Of a DNA stretch of 64,000 nucleotides, positions 49,026-62,152 are shown one piece after another. This DNA is from Chrysemys picta bellii (Eukaryota): positions 44,950,001-45,014,000 of the forward strand of contig NC_088803.1 in assembly GCF_011386835.1 (NCBI RefSeq), in the 5' to 3' direction. The notes under the pieces are model-generated. The model did not search any database. It was not told the DNA's origin and worked only from the letters and a program-made list of their open reading frames with translations. Each line of letters begins with the position of its first letter. Within the stretch, counting starts at the first letter, position 1. The translations under genes and the position numbers were made by a program.

Positions 49026-50407
49026 TTATTTTATGAGATTGATTCACTGATTCCAATGGAATTATCTGCAGAGTAATATGGCACTTGACTTCAGTACAGT
49101 TGGCAAAAATCTGACAGTTAATGATAAGCTGTGGGAACTCAAGAATGAGACAGCACCAAGAATCTGTGGCCAGTACCAAGAGACAAGATTATCGAACCCT
49201 CTTCTAAATTCTGATTCCTGACTTTCATTTAAAAGCCTTGTTTGTAAGCAGACATTTCAATAAGATATAAAAGAGGCACACAAAGCATTACATAGAAAAT
49301 TAAATGCAAAATACTGTTTTTAAATTAAAGAACAGCCAAATAGTCCATGATGTCATGCTTAATGAGTATTTTTGAAGCATGATTAGGCAACATTTTAAAC
49401 ATGTTTAGCGATGTAACAACTCCTGTAAACATACGAGGAAGTATCTCAGTCTTACTTCTACAATTCTATAAAGTTCCTCTAACATCTTCAAGGAAGTTTT
49501 TCTTCTGAATTTCAAAATACATTTCTACTTTTCTATGAAGCTTTAATGGTCTACAAAATTACATGTTAAAATGCACATGTGGTTACAGTACCCTTCTACA
49601 TAGAGGTTGTTTTCCTTTGTATTGTGATGGTGGACGAAAAATAAGTAAGCCACATAGGGCTAAATTCTTCCCCCAGTTATTGGCATGTAACACTCAATTT
49701 CATATTTAAGGACAGAACTTGGGCCTCAGCAGGTAAGTACACTATTCAAAACTATGACTTTTATTGTGAGTTTTAAGATGCTGTTTGATGGATATAGTTA
49801 ACTTTAAAAGTACCGTTTTAGCTTAGCTATCCAATAACTTTTTAACAGCAGTTTATCAAAACAAGTATTTTTATACAAACATTCATTTATACTTCAGACT
49901 TCAAGTAATAAAACTTCCATCTAAATCAAGTTATATCATTCAACTGCCCAAGACAAACATAACACCAACTTTGCTAGAACAAGCCATTTTGCTTAATTAT
50001 GGGCTTGGTCCCAAAAGAGGTAGAGTCCATGAATCAAACCACTAAATTCCACCCAAGTAGGATTCACTAACATGTCAATCTCCCGCAACATCTGCGACCT
50101 TACCTAGGATAAAAACTATTTTATACAAGTGTTCATTAAATACAGGAATGAGCTCTGAATGTTAGGAGGTTATTTCACTTGAAACAAACGTTCAGCCCAA
50201 TGGAACTAACATGTTAGTGAAGCCCCAGCACATAACCTTCAGTCACAAGAATTTGTAACTTCTCTCCAAGTTTTAATTTAAAAACTACCTAATATACAAA
50301 TATGCCTTTAAATAACAAATATAAGAATAAATATATTTCAACTTGGAGAGAAGTTTTAGTTTGCTTATTTCACTTAGACCTATTAATTGATATAGCTGTA
50401 TTCACTA

Positions 50408-50533
<126 letters not shown>

Positions 50534-52247
50534 TTAAAAAATACCAACAATTATTGAACAACTTATTCAAACATTTATGAAGAAAGGAAAGGTTTGTAAG
50601 TAAATGGCCAGGCATCATATTTTCTTGAAGACTAGCTAGAACACAACAGTTGAAACTGGCCCTAGTTTTTTTTTTTTTTTTAAAAGGAGAAATTCTCTGT
50701 ACAATGATGCTGTCAACATCAAGGACGAAGCTACTGACAAAGAGGAAACAGGGCATTCTCAAGAACAGGACCAAGGCTTCAGAGTTTACTCCACAGGAGA
50801 TTAAAATTATCACAAATATTACAGCCTTCAGAATTAAGTGAAAACTCTCTTCAGTTTCTCTCTCCTACAACTGCAATAAAAACCACAAAGAAGATGACAA
50901 GAAAAAAGGTATAGAAAAAAGGAAGAGAAAAATCAGAAAATGAATAGTACAACAATGAGAAAAGAGAACATTCACATAAAAACAGTTTAAAAAAAATTCA
51001 CGTGACTGACAGATGGGAAAGCAAGGAGGAAAATTAGGTCTCTAGCTGTTCATAGATTTGATTTCAAATTCTTTGGGAGACACTCATAACTAAAATGATG
51101 GGCACTATTATAAAAACCATAAGAGAGAAATATTAGAGGGGCCATAGATAAAATTATTATAAATGGCAATACAATTATCCAGTTTTGTCTTCTTGTCTCT
51201 GGCACCAGCAAATATAATGGATTATATTTTAGGGCTGAAATTTATCCCCATGCAGGAGGCCCACACAAAGCCTTACAAGTCCCTTATTCCCCATTTTAAA
51301 AGACAAACTATACCTAAGTTGTCACATGAAACAATGCGCAGAGCATCTTTGCACCGAGGTGAATACTATGTGAAGTAGTATTTTTTTAAATTCGGTTTAT
51401 ATTTACTGCCTTTTCATTTTGTCTGTCCCAAAGTTCTGTATTCTATGACAATATCAAAAGCTAGGGGTGACTAAGACCATTCATATAACTAATAAATTAA
51501 AGTTTTAGCAAACCAAAGTTGAAGAATTTATTTTCTATAAAACTCAAGATGTAAATTAAATGAGACCTCAACACACACAGTTTCAACAAATAAAGCAAAC
51601 AACAAAAGTATCAAGGAAATAAGTGCAGCTTTTCATTTAAAAAAAAAAAAAGATTTTCTTTAGTTTAGCAGTGCTTAAATTATGATCTGCAAAGTTGCTT
51701 CTGTCAAACCTATGCTTCCCAACTGCTGTAGCGCAGTCCATGACCTGTTTGGATTTCCAGAGGCTAGCTGACCAGTTGCACTAAAAGAAGCAACTTTTTG
51801 CATCTGCTTCACATCTGCCGGATGTAAAATTTTGGATGGCACTTGAACTGGAGGAATAGTAAACAGTAAATAGTAAACATATAGAACAGAACCAAAGTTC
51901 AAAGTGACCTGGAGATGCTAGCCCAGGCAGCATGGGGATAATTTGGTATTAATAAATATACAGTCAATGAGGGGAAAAAACCCTAAAGGTTCACAGAGAG
52001 ATGTGATCAAGCAGCCACACCCATCATGCTAAAACGTGCTTATTTTCATTTTGTCATCTTAAACGTTAGGACAATATTAACAAAGTGCTATTGTTACGCT
52101 AGGGAAGGTGCAGAATCAGGATTGAGAGGTTGAGCGTGGAGATGTCTATGACAGGATCTGTATTTTAAGAAGTGATTCACACTACGATCCCTTTTGAGAA
52201 GCCCTGCTCTATTTTTTTCAAAAGTAAACTAAATGTAATACGAATTA

Positions 52248-52463
<216 letters not shown>

Positions 52464-53651
52464 TTATTTTTTTATAAAAATAGCTTCCTCCCCCCTTCCA
52501 AATGCCCTACTTCCACAGATCTACCTGGCAAAAAATTTTCTCTCTCTTGCTTCTAGAGTGCTGGAACAGAAAAGCATATACACACTCCCCACAATGGCTA
52601 ATTGTTTTGAAATGGACTATGTTGCTGTGAGGCTGGGTGTGCATGATTCTCTGTTCCAGCATTCCAGAAATAAGATACAGTAATTCCCACCCACCCACAA
52701 ATGTCCCTTACTTCTTCTTGAATCCTTTAATTCTCCATAGTAAAGGGTAAAAGGGAGGGTCAACATGGATCTGCAGAGGGAATACATTCAAAGAACAAAA
52801 GTCACCTCTCTTTCTCCCTTATGACATTGCCAGGACATATTCCCACTGAGAGAGACTAACTAGTAGCAACAATTTTCCAGGAGGGGGCTGTGGAATATTA
52901 CTAGCTACAAAATGATAACACAGCTCTCCCAAAAGGAGCAACTAATCTGATCTACAATTACTTTAGTCGTTCTAAAAGAAATCCAGATGCAGACAGAGGT
53001 GTATGGTCTGTGTGCACTCAGGTTGATGGAAAGAGGGGGAGGGAAGAAAAAAAAAAAGAGTAGAGACCCATGAAATTCCTTTTATTTTATTAAACAGTTT
53101 TTCATTTTATTTTCCTGCAATTTTGTGTTATTTAATTTTATCCATTTTATCGACATGGGGAAAGGGGTGATGGGTCTTGCCAAGGGAAGTCACAGAGCAA
53201 GCCTGCCCTGCACTCACCTGGCAGTGGCATCATGACGACAGAGGGGCGGCCGGGCCAAACCTGAAATGGCACTGAGAAACCATGCACCAAGTCACAACAC
53301 CCCAGAGCAAGGAGATGGGCCCAGCCCCATGGGACAGAAGCCATAGCTGCAGGTGAGTTTTTTGCTTTATATGTTGTTTTTCCATTTTATTTCATATTTG
53401 TAAAAAACACAGGACTCTGGAAATGAGAGACAGTTGGGAGACCAGGGATTTTTATACCATTCATTTTAAAATGCTGAAACAGAGGGGCATATGCTCACTC
53501 CCTGAACAGCTGCTTTGAAATGGACTCCACTGTCATATGGAAGGGCATGCAATCTCAGTGGGGATTTGCGGAAGCAATGCCATTAAGGATAATGTAAATT
53601 TATTTTCCTCTTCTAAGGTGCAATCTTGAAGACAAATATACATGTGCTTAC

Positions 53652-53722
53652 TTTTCTGGCTCTTGAGGATGTGGTTTATAGATAAGCCTTTCATCTACTG
53701 ATACCAGATTTGTAAATGAAAT
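53652..53722 (-). CDS. PRELID3B: PRELID3B exon 4
   Basis: 71 nt, AG/GT bounded; ISFTNLVSVDERLIYKPHPQEPE(K). Confidence 0.97.
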
Positions 53723-54033
53723 CTATGGAATAAAATGAGTTAGATTGTCATCACATAAATACAAAAAAAAAAAAATTCATTAAGAAGATGAAATAAACAC
53801 AACTAGAACAACCTAAGACCTTAACACTCAAATATCTGATTTTAAACACCATCTTTCAATGTGGTATTCTAATTTATTATTCTAAAATTACAGCTGAAAT
53901 ACTATTTAACAAAACTGGCATAAACATACACAAAAGAAATAAATCCTAAAGTTCAAGCTTGCTAAACTACTTTTTCTTCTTATGTCCTTCAACATGAACT
54001 GTCAAGGAGTGTCGGGGGGGGGGGGGGGGGGAA

Positions 54034-54080
54034 GAGGGATAGCTCAGTGGTTTAAGCATTGGCCTGCTAAACCCAGGGTT
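54034..54080 (+). mobile_element. 5' tRNA-like head fragment of the SINE family
   Basis: gagggatagctcagtggtttaagcattggcctgctaaacccagggtt, preceded by a long G run; truncated before the B box. Confidence 0.75.
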
Positions 54081-54340
54081 TAACAATGACCATGTACAAA
54101 CGATATACAGTACTGAGCAAAGTACTACACATTAAGGTAGCAGCAATACTACAAAATAATTTTTGAAACAAAGTGGGATGCTTTGTATATGCTAATCACT
54201 AATCATTTCTAGTGCTGGTGTTTCATAACAAAGCTGGCAAAAAAGTTCCTTTACTACAATAGGCTGTTGAGAATATGAGGTATGCTATTTTCAAGATAAA
54301 ATTTTCTCTTTCAAACTGTTTATACAATTTAAACATGTTA

Positions 54341-54481
<141 letters not shown>

Positions 54482-54583
54482 CTACAAGAAAGACACCCAA
54501 GATTATACACACAAACACACTGCAATAACTATTCTGAAAAGTTTAAAGATTTGTATTTACTTTTTTCCTTTCATTTCAACATA

Positions 54584-54744
54584 CACCTCTACCCCAATAT
54601 AACACGAATTCTGATATAACGCAGTAAAGCAGTGCTCCGGGGGTGGGGGGCGGGGCTGCGCACTCCGGCAGATCAAAGCAAGTTCGATATAACGTGGTAA
54701 GATTTTTTGGCTCCCGAGGACAGCGTTATATCGAGGTAGAGGTG
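54584..54744. mobile_element. Tc1/mariner (Tigger-like) MITE
   Basis: TIRs cacctctaccccaatataac / gttatatcgaggtagaggtg with TA target-site duplication. Confidence 0.85.
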
Positions 54745-56073
54745 TACTATGGAATATCAAAGTAAACATTACTATACTGAATAAAGAGTAAGAAATGCAA
54801 CTAGCCTTAAAATGACAAAGTTGGTATTTATTTCCTGCTTAAAATAATAGGTATAATTTAATTCAATTTATTTAAAAGAAGACCATCGGTTTGAAATCTA
54901 TCAAAGAAAAAAAGCTAAAAGTCCCACTGTTCTTCCCTCTGACAGTTTTAAAACCACATGCTCCTATTAAAAAAACTTCTCACCCATTATGCTGCAAAAA
55001 ATGATTATGCAGGGGAAAGGGTGAATTTGTCCATAGACAGTTGTCAAATGTGCAGGGAAAAATAAAATAATTTTTCTATCATTCTTTTCAGTTATAGCAA
55101 CTGTGTTACTTTTAACAACTGTAGGTAAAACAGTTTATATTGAAATGTGATTTAAGTTAACATCCTTTTAAACTTTGGAAAAGTATGCAACAGTCTAAAC
55201 TATATTATCTACTGCTTACAAAACAGATTTCTGTTCAACATTTAAAAGTAATATCACAAAAAAAACAGAAGAATGCTATTTTCTCAACTAGATGAGAAAT
55301 AACTGGCATGGTTTCCCCAAGTCCAACCTTATTCTTCCAGAACATAAAATAGGAGCACTAGGTATTAAAAGGAAATAATACTACTCCCTTACTCCCAACC
55401 TTTGTCTGTCTTGTCTAGTCAGACTGAATTTGGGGCAAGAACAGTCTCTGACCATGTGTATCTAAAGTGCAACAATGGGATCCAATCTTGATTTACGGGG
55501 TATTTAAAACTGATAATAAGGAAGCATGTGGTTCTTCCACCAAGCTAATAAAGAAACTCATCATGAGGAAAGCCATGGTACTACATTGGGAATGATTTAT
55601 GTACCTTTCAGGACCAAAGTATACTACAAAACTTCTTCAAGGATCAAACCACAGTACAAGAATGTCAGTGTGTCTGACAATCCAATACAAATTTGCCATT
55701 TTTAGGAATAGGACACCTTAAGAGAACAGCTGTTAACCAGATTACTTGAAAAGCAGCAGCAGTAACCAAGCAATAAGATACAAGAGTTGTTGCTGCAAGC
55801 AAAGACATGAAAGGTCATATTGGGCTTTATCTCCACCTGCCTACACAAAGCAAGAATTAGACAGAAGAGCAGCTTCTGTGCTTGAGGGTGGGTAAAGTTA
55901 CTGCTCCCTCCTAGTGCCACAAGGACATAAATAATTGTAAAGGAGATAGGGACGTGGGATGGCACTAAGGAATCGTGAGGTACGTATGATCCCCCAGGCC
56001 CTGTGTTGTCCCAAAAAGAGCTGGATTGTAAATTATATACAGTTTTGATTATTTATAAAAATGAGATAACTCA

Positions 56074-56313
<240 letters not shown>

Positions 56314-56493
56314 TTACATACATTAGTTTGTCATACTTCCTATTACATCATAAAAAAAGATGCAGTTCACAGTTTGCTTTAAAAATACAGGTACAAAACA
56401 TATTCCGTTGAAACCATACCTAAACAAACCAAACAATTAGTTGTGAAATACCAGAGTAGCGTAGATTTCTTAATTATTGGCTTTATTGTAAAA

Positions 56494-56801
56494 GAGCAGT
56501 TCTCAAACGGTGGGTCATGACCAGGGCTGGCTTAGACTTGCTGGGGCTTGGGGAAGCCAGAGCCCCACAACCCTAGACAGCGGGGCACAGGTTACAGGCC
56601 TCCTGGCTGGAGATAAAGCCTGGGGCGTGGGTTTTGACCCCTTCCTCGCCCAGGGTGGTGAGGGTCAGGCTTTGCGCCCCCACTCCACCCGGGGCAGTGG
56701 GACTGAGGCGGGCTCAGGCTTCGGCCCCCCCCTCCTGGGGTCGTGGAGCAATTTTTGTTGTCAGAAGGCGGTCGCAGGGCAATGGCGTTTGAGAACCCCC
56801 C
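56494..56801. mobile_element. hAT-like MITE in PRELID3B intron 1
   Basis: Ends gttctcaaac / gtttgagaac; GC-rich interior; TSD unclear. Confidence 0.6.
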
Positions 56802-57650
56802 GCCCCACCGGAATGAACAACTATGTAAGGCTCTAGCCCGCACCCACAATCCGCGACGGGCCCCCGTCCCAACGCCCGCGGGTCGCTCTTCACACCGGCC
56901 CGGCTGGGGAACAAGCCCCACCGGGGTCGCTCACCCCCCGCACAGCGCGCGCGTGGCCCCGCGGCCGTTGCCCCTCTTCGCCCAGCCCTTACTCGAAGAC
57001 ATGCTCCGAGGTCCAGATCTTCATGGTGCCGGCGGTGACCGGCCCGGGGCGAGGCGGGGCGGGCGGTGCTGCGGCCGCGCGTCTCCTCCTCACGCGGCGC
57101 CCCTGCCGTCCCTGCGAATGGAATGGAGGCCAGAGCCGGCGGCGGCCCCTGCGCCTGCGCCGTGAGGAGAGTTAGGCCCTGGTGGGGGTGGGTGGGAGAC
57201 TCCCGTCTCCCATCTGACGCTCTTGCGTCAGTGTGACATCAGAAGGGAAGCGCCACTCGTCGGAAGGGCACGCAGCTGGCCACGTGCTGCGCTGGCTCCC
57301 CTCCCCAAGCAGACGCGCCCGCCGGCGACTGTCTCGTGACATAATTGCACTCAGGACGCATGCGTACCTATAGGCCGGCTAACCCCGCAAGACACCCCCC
57401 CCTTCGTGGGTGTGTCTCGCGCATGCGGCTGCGCAGCCTTGGAACTGACTCCCACTGAGTCAGAGAGAGTGTGTGGCTCCCTCGCTGGGCTGGCTGGGGG
57501 CGGTGTGCGGGGGGAGGCGAGTGGGCCCAGCGTGGGGGGACGGGACACAAGTACCTTTAGCACTGCACTGAGGCGGGAGGGGGTGCAGTGTAAGGGACTC
57601 GCTGGCCCTGCGCTGCAGAGGCGGGCAGGCAGCACTTGTCCAGTCCGCGT
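56800..57650. promoter_or_regulatory. CpG island / PRELID3B promoter
   Basis: CpG-rich; E-box CACGTG at 57281-57286; NRF1-like GCGCATGCG at 57419-57427; CRE-like half sites near 57215-57240. Confidence 0.8.
56993..57024 (-). CDS. PRELID3B: PRELID3B exon 1
   Basis: ATG AAG ATC TGG ACC TCG GAG CAT GTC TTC GA|gtaagg = MKIWTSEHVF(D); the six exons total 585 nt = 194 aa. Confidence 0.97.
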
Positions 57651-57753
57651 AGGCTGACCAGACAGCAAATGTGAAAAATCGGGAGGGGGGTGGGGGGGTA
57701 ATAGGAGCCTATATAAGAAAAAGACCCCAAAATCGGGACATCTGATCACCCTA
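57650..57753. mobile_element. Short hAT MITE
   Basis: TIRs taggctgaccaga / tctgatcacccta; degenerate 8-bp TSD agtccgcg / agaccacg (6 of 8). Confidence 0.7.
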
Positions 57754-57851
57754 AGACCACGCTTTGCAGCACAGCTCGCTCGCTCGCCCTCTTACATAGC
57801 CAACCCCATTGTCCTCTCGCAGCAGCGTTATGTGCAAACAAGAGGCAATGG

Positions 57852-59176
57852 TAGGGTTACCATACGTACTCTTTTTCCTGGACATGTCCGGCTTTTCGGC
57901 AGTCAAACCCCCATCCAGGGGGAATTGCCAAAAAGCCGAACGTGTCCGGGAAAATGGCGGCTCTGCTCCTTCCTGACTCTTCGGCTCTGTTTAAGAGCCG
58001 GGCTGCCCGAGCGCTACCGGCTTCCGGCAGCCCCGTGCCTCCAGACCCTGTGCCGCCAGAGCCCGGGAGGGGAAGTGCCCGGCTGGGGGCGCAGGGTCTG
58101 GAGGCACGGGGGCTGCCCGAAGCCGGTAGCGCTCGGGCAGCGCAGCTCTTAAACAGAGCTGAAGAGTCGGGGAGGAGCAGAGCCGCGGCGGCTGGAGCCT
58201 CCAGCCGCCCGGGCTCTGTGTAACTAACACAGTGTCAGTTACACAGAGCCAAAGAGGAGCAAAGCCTCCAGCCTCCCCCCCGCCCCCCGGCTCTGTGTAA
58301 CTGACATATGGTGTCAAGTATCAGGTGGTAGCCGTGTTAGTCTGTATATACAAAAACAACAAGGAGTCTGGTGGCACCTTAAAGACTAACAGATTTATTT
58401 GGGCATAAGTGAGGTTTTTACTCAAGAAAGCTTATGCCCAAATAAATCTGTTAGTCTTTAAGGTGCCACCAGACTCCTTGTTGTTTTTGTAACTGACACA
58501 GTGTCAGTTACACAGAGCCGCAGCCGCTGGAGGCTCTGTTTAAGAGCCGGGCTGCCCGAGAGCTACCGGCTTCGGGCAGCCCCCTTGCCTCCGGACCCCA
58601 GCCACCGGCCGGGCACTTCCCCTCCCGGGCTCCGGCGGCGCAGGGTCCGGAGGCACGGGGGCTGCCCAAAGCCGGTAGCGCTGGGGCAGCCCGGCTCTTA
58701 AACAGAGCCTAAGAGGAGCAGAGCCTCCAGCTGCGGGGGCTCTGCTCCTCTTCGGATCTGTGTAACTTATACAGTGTAAGTTACGCAGAGCTGCCGGAGC
58801 CCCGGAGGGGAAGTGCCCGGCTGGGGGCGCAGGGTCCGGAGGCATAGGGGCTGCCCAAAGCCCGAGCGCTACCGGCTTCACGGTTTGCTGGGCAGCCTCC
58901 AGACCCTGCGCCCCCGGCTGGGTGCTTCCCCTCCCGGGCTCCAGCTGCGCTGGGGAAGCGCCGGCTGGGGGCGCAGGGTCTGGGGGCTGCCCAGGAAACC
59001 GTGAAGCTGGTAGCACTGGGGCAGCCCTTTCCCCCTGGCTGGGAGTGGGAGGGAGGAGGGGGCGGAGCTAGGGTGGGGAAGGGGTGGAGTTGGGGCGGGG
59101 CTAGGGGTGGGGAAATGGGCGGGGCCAGGGCCCGTGGAGGGTCCTCTTTTTTTATTTATGAGATATGGTAACCCTA
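57852..59176. mobile_element. 1.3-kb non-autonomous hAT element with internal tandem GC-rich modules
   Basis: Perfect 13-bp TIRs tagggttaccata / tatggtaacccta; perfect 8-bp TSD ggcaatgg (57844-57851 and 59177-59184). Confidence 0.92.
58317..58490. mobile_element. Palindromic Penelope-like remnant nested in the hAT element
   Basis: Perfect 60-bp inverted arms (58350-58409 / 58431-58490) with a 21-nt loop; related to 27152-27346; flanked by an imperfect 16-18 nt duplication aactgaca...gtgtca. Confidence 0.7.
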
Positions 59177-59673
59177 GGCAATGGGGGTGTTACCTACTGC
59201 AAAGTTAATGGCTTCCACCCATGGTGCATAGGTAAAAGTAGCAATTACGATGCAGAAGGTTCCTTTTAAGCAGGAAGGTGGCACGTGCTCTAAAAGCTTG
59301 TAGAGAAACATCAGATTGAACGGGGGAGGGAAAGCACAATTATCCAATTAAATTTATACAAAAAGCAAACGACTACAGGTAGTAGTAGCACCTGCTTTAT
59401 TTCTAAAAGTGAATTAACTCCTAGCCATTTAAATATTACATTCAGGACAAACTATTTCCCACCACCTCTCTACCCTGAGCCTTAAGACCTACACTAGTGT
59501 TTTTTTTCTTTCCAGTGTCACAGCAAGTTCTCTACGTTAGTGTTTAATACACCCCAGTCCTGTTCATTCTAATAAACTGAATCCTAATCGGATTTTAAAA
59601 AATCCAGCCATCTCAAAAAAGCACAAGTAGTCAATAGTCCAGAGTGAGAATGTCTTTTCTTGGAAGTACGAGT

Positions 59674-59847
59674 TTAGTGTTCAGCTGCTTTATAAACTGG
59701 TGGGAAAATCCTCCTTGAGTTCTTCTTAACCCATGGATGTTTTATTATTTCTTTGAGAGACAGCCTCAAAGAAGGAGTGCGCTTAAGTGTTTTTGAAATA
59801 AGGTCCTTAGCACCATCAGGCATCCATGTGGGAAATGTGAATTTAAC
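59674..59847 (-). CDS. Aurora B/C-like kinase, last exon
   Basis: Acceptor cccccag|; VKFTFPTWMPDGAKDLISKTLKRTPSLRLSLKEIIKHPWVKKNSRRIFPPVYKAAEH then TAA; AATAAA on - at 59396-59401. Confidence 0.92.
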   Translation of the reverse strand, partial: VKFTFPTWMPDGAKDLISKTLKRTPSLRLSLKEIIKHPWVKKNSRRIFPPVYKAAEH

Positions 59848-61977
59848 CTGGGGGGAGGGAGGTGAGGGAAAAAAAAAGAAGAGAATATTAGTTCCACCAG
59901 GTAACAACAGGTATGATGCAAGTACAATGAATAGTATAATATCACCTAGGAGCCTGCGTCATGGACCAGGACCCCAATGCACTAGGTGCTGTACAAACAG
60001 AATGAAGGTGTTGGGGGAAGATAGTCTTTGCTCGAGAAAGCTTGCAATCGAACTATAAGACAAACTGACACAGGAGACAGCACTGGTCAGCACAATAGAC
60101 TGTGGTCTCGACCACTGCTTGGTGTCTAGTGTGCTAAGTTTTTGTAGTCTTCACAGCTACAAAAAGTACTGCTTAACGGGTAACGAGTGATGTAACAATA
60201 TTACCAAAGCCAGGCAATTCCAGGATAGTAAATTAGTGTCTTAAAAAAAAAAACACGACGAAAATGCAAGCGTGTTACTGACAGTTAAGATTTGGAATGC
60301 ATACAAGTCTGATAGCGTATAGTTGGGTTATGATGACAACAACTGAATTTCAATGAAAAGTAAGATTCTTTGTGTGCTCCAGAATTACACTGCAACATCT
60401 CCTATACCAGATCATTGTCAGAGCAGCCACAGACTAGATCTAATCACAACAACTTTATCTGATATACTTTTAACCCTGATTAATGTGCAAAATAAGATCG
60501 ATGTTTCTGGCATAATACACTTCCAATTATCTGTGATACAGTGTGCACATTACAGTCACACAGTCAAGGACACTAGCTGATAGTGTTCACTGGAATAAAT
60601 TGGTTGGCTGCTTAATTTTAAAGAGACATTTTGTACTGAGCAGTGTGGAAGACAGAATTAATGAAGGAGAGTAATCTTCATTGAATAAGGCCAGTATTAG
60701 AACCAACTGGTACACTTTGTATCTGTATCCCTAGTCTTCAATATATTTATCTACATTTGTTCATCCCCCTCCACCATGTCAATTTTGCAGATAGAAAAGA
60801 TATTACAGCCTCAGTCTTGCTCCCCTTCAAATCAATGGCAAAATTCCATAGATATATGGATACAAGACAAGGCCCCAAATCTATATCCAAGATGATCCAC
60901 TGTTTCAAATTAGGTAGTTTACATCTTGTCACCACTTTTCACCCCAAACTCCTTACAAAAAAGGAGCAGCTGTCTGAAGCACATCCAACACTAATTTAGA
61001 TTTAACAGTTTTGCCATATGTATTGCCAGTTGAAGTGCCACAGTATGTGTTTGTGCTATTTTTAGTAACTAGGTAGCACAATTGATGAGTGCTTCAGTAA
61101 AAGGGAGTGCCTCACATTACTATTTAAGGACTCTTGTTGATTTAAGAACGAGTCCATGTGCTCTGAAGGCATCTTTATCCAACCCTGCTCAACTACAGAC
61201 TTTGAAGAGGGAAATGGTAAGGGCAAGAAAAAGTAACCAGGATTTTCTCATAATAAACAATGTTATTTTGACATTGTTCTGAAGATTTTAACTGGGAATG
61301 TCAGGGATCCTAATGAATACAGAGATGGTATCAAACAAGATGCCCAGTTCTCTGTAATGCACTCTGACAGTGCTTTAACCAGTCATGTTTAAGGCCAACA
61401 AAATCAAAACCCAAGCAGTGTCTGATTCTAAAGAAGAGACTTTATTGGCCTGGTTATCAGTGGTGCTGACAGTTGTGGGTTCCTAGTCTAATCTTTTATA
61501 TGATTAGGTTATTTGTAGGCTTGCCAGAATTTGATTTTTATATAATTCAATAAGTATCAAATGTTTAAGCTTTTTTCCATTTTTATCAATTTAAATTTTC
61601 ACAGTTGCAGAAAATTGGGGCGGGGGGGGAGAGAAAAATCAGACAATTATTTAATGACAGATGGCGAGATTCAAAAAGTTTAAGTGTTATAACCACTAAA
61701 ACACAAAGTTGTCAACATCAGTCAAAATATACAAAGTAAATATCCTTAAAGCACAAAGTTCTCAAGCAGCATTTTTCGTACTTTGCCTATCTGTAAACTT
61801 TGATCATCATCAATTAAGCTATTATTTCATTAGTTTGTGCGTACCATGAAATCATCTTTCCCTGATTTAAAAAAAAAAAAAAATCCTTCGGAGCCTAATT
61901 ATTTGTTTGCCTGTCGGAGGTGGTTTTCTTTGCTCTCAAAACCAAGTAACCTCTTCCATGGATTTAGGAAAGCTTAC

Positions 61978-62152
61978 CTCTGCAATTCTTTTGTATGTTT
62001 CATTGCGGGTGGGTGCTTCAAATGGCGCATACCCCACAAGACACTCAAAACATAGAACACCAACACACCAGACATCAACATTTTCATCATGGGTTCTCCC
62101 ATCAATCATTTCTGGGGCAAGGTAATCAGTCGTGCCACAAAATGTTGTCCTC
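61978..62152 (-). CDS. Aurora-like kinase exon (activation segment to helix G)
   Basis: 175 nt, AG/GT bounded; [58 protein letters not shown]. Confidence 0.94.

Noticed and set aside
53150-53358. GC-richer island in PRELID3B intron 4 ending in a + strand CAG|gtgagt donor
   Set aside because: No clear acceptor or open frame; more likely a repeat fragment.
56510-59016. Long GC-rich ORFs around the PRELID3B promoter
   Set aside because: They lie within the CpG island and the tandem modules of hAT MITEs; no transposase or other recognisable protein is encoded.
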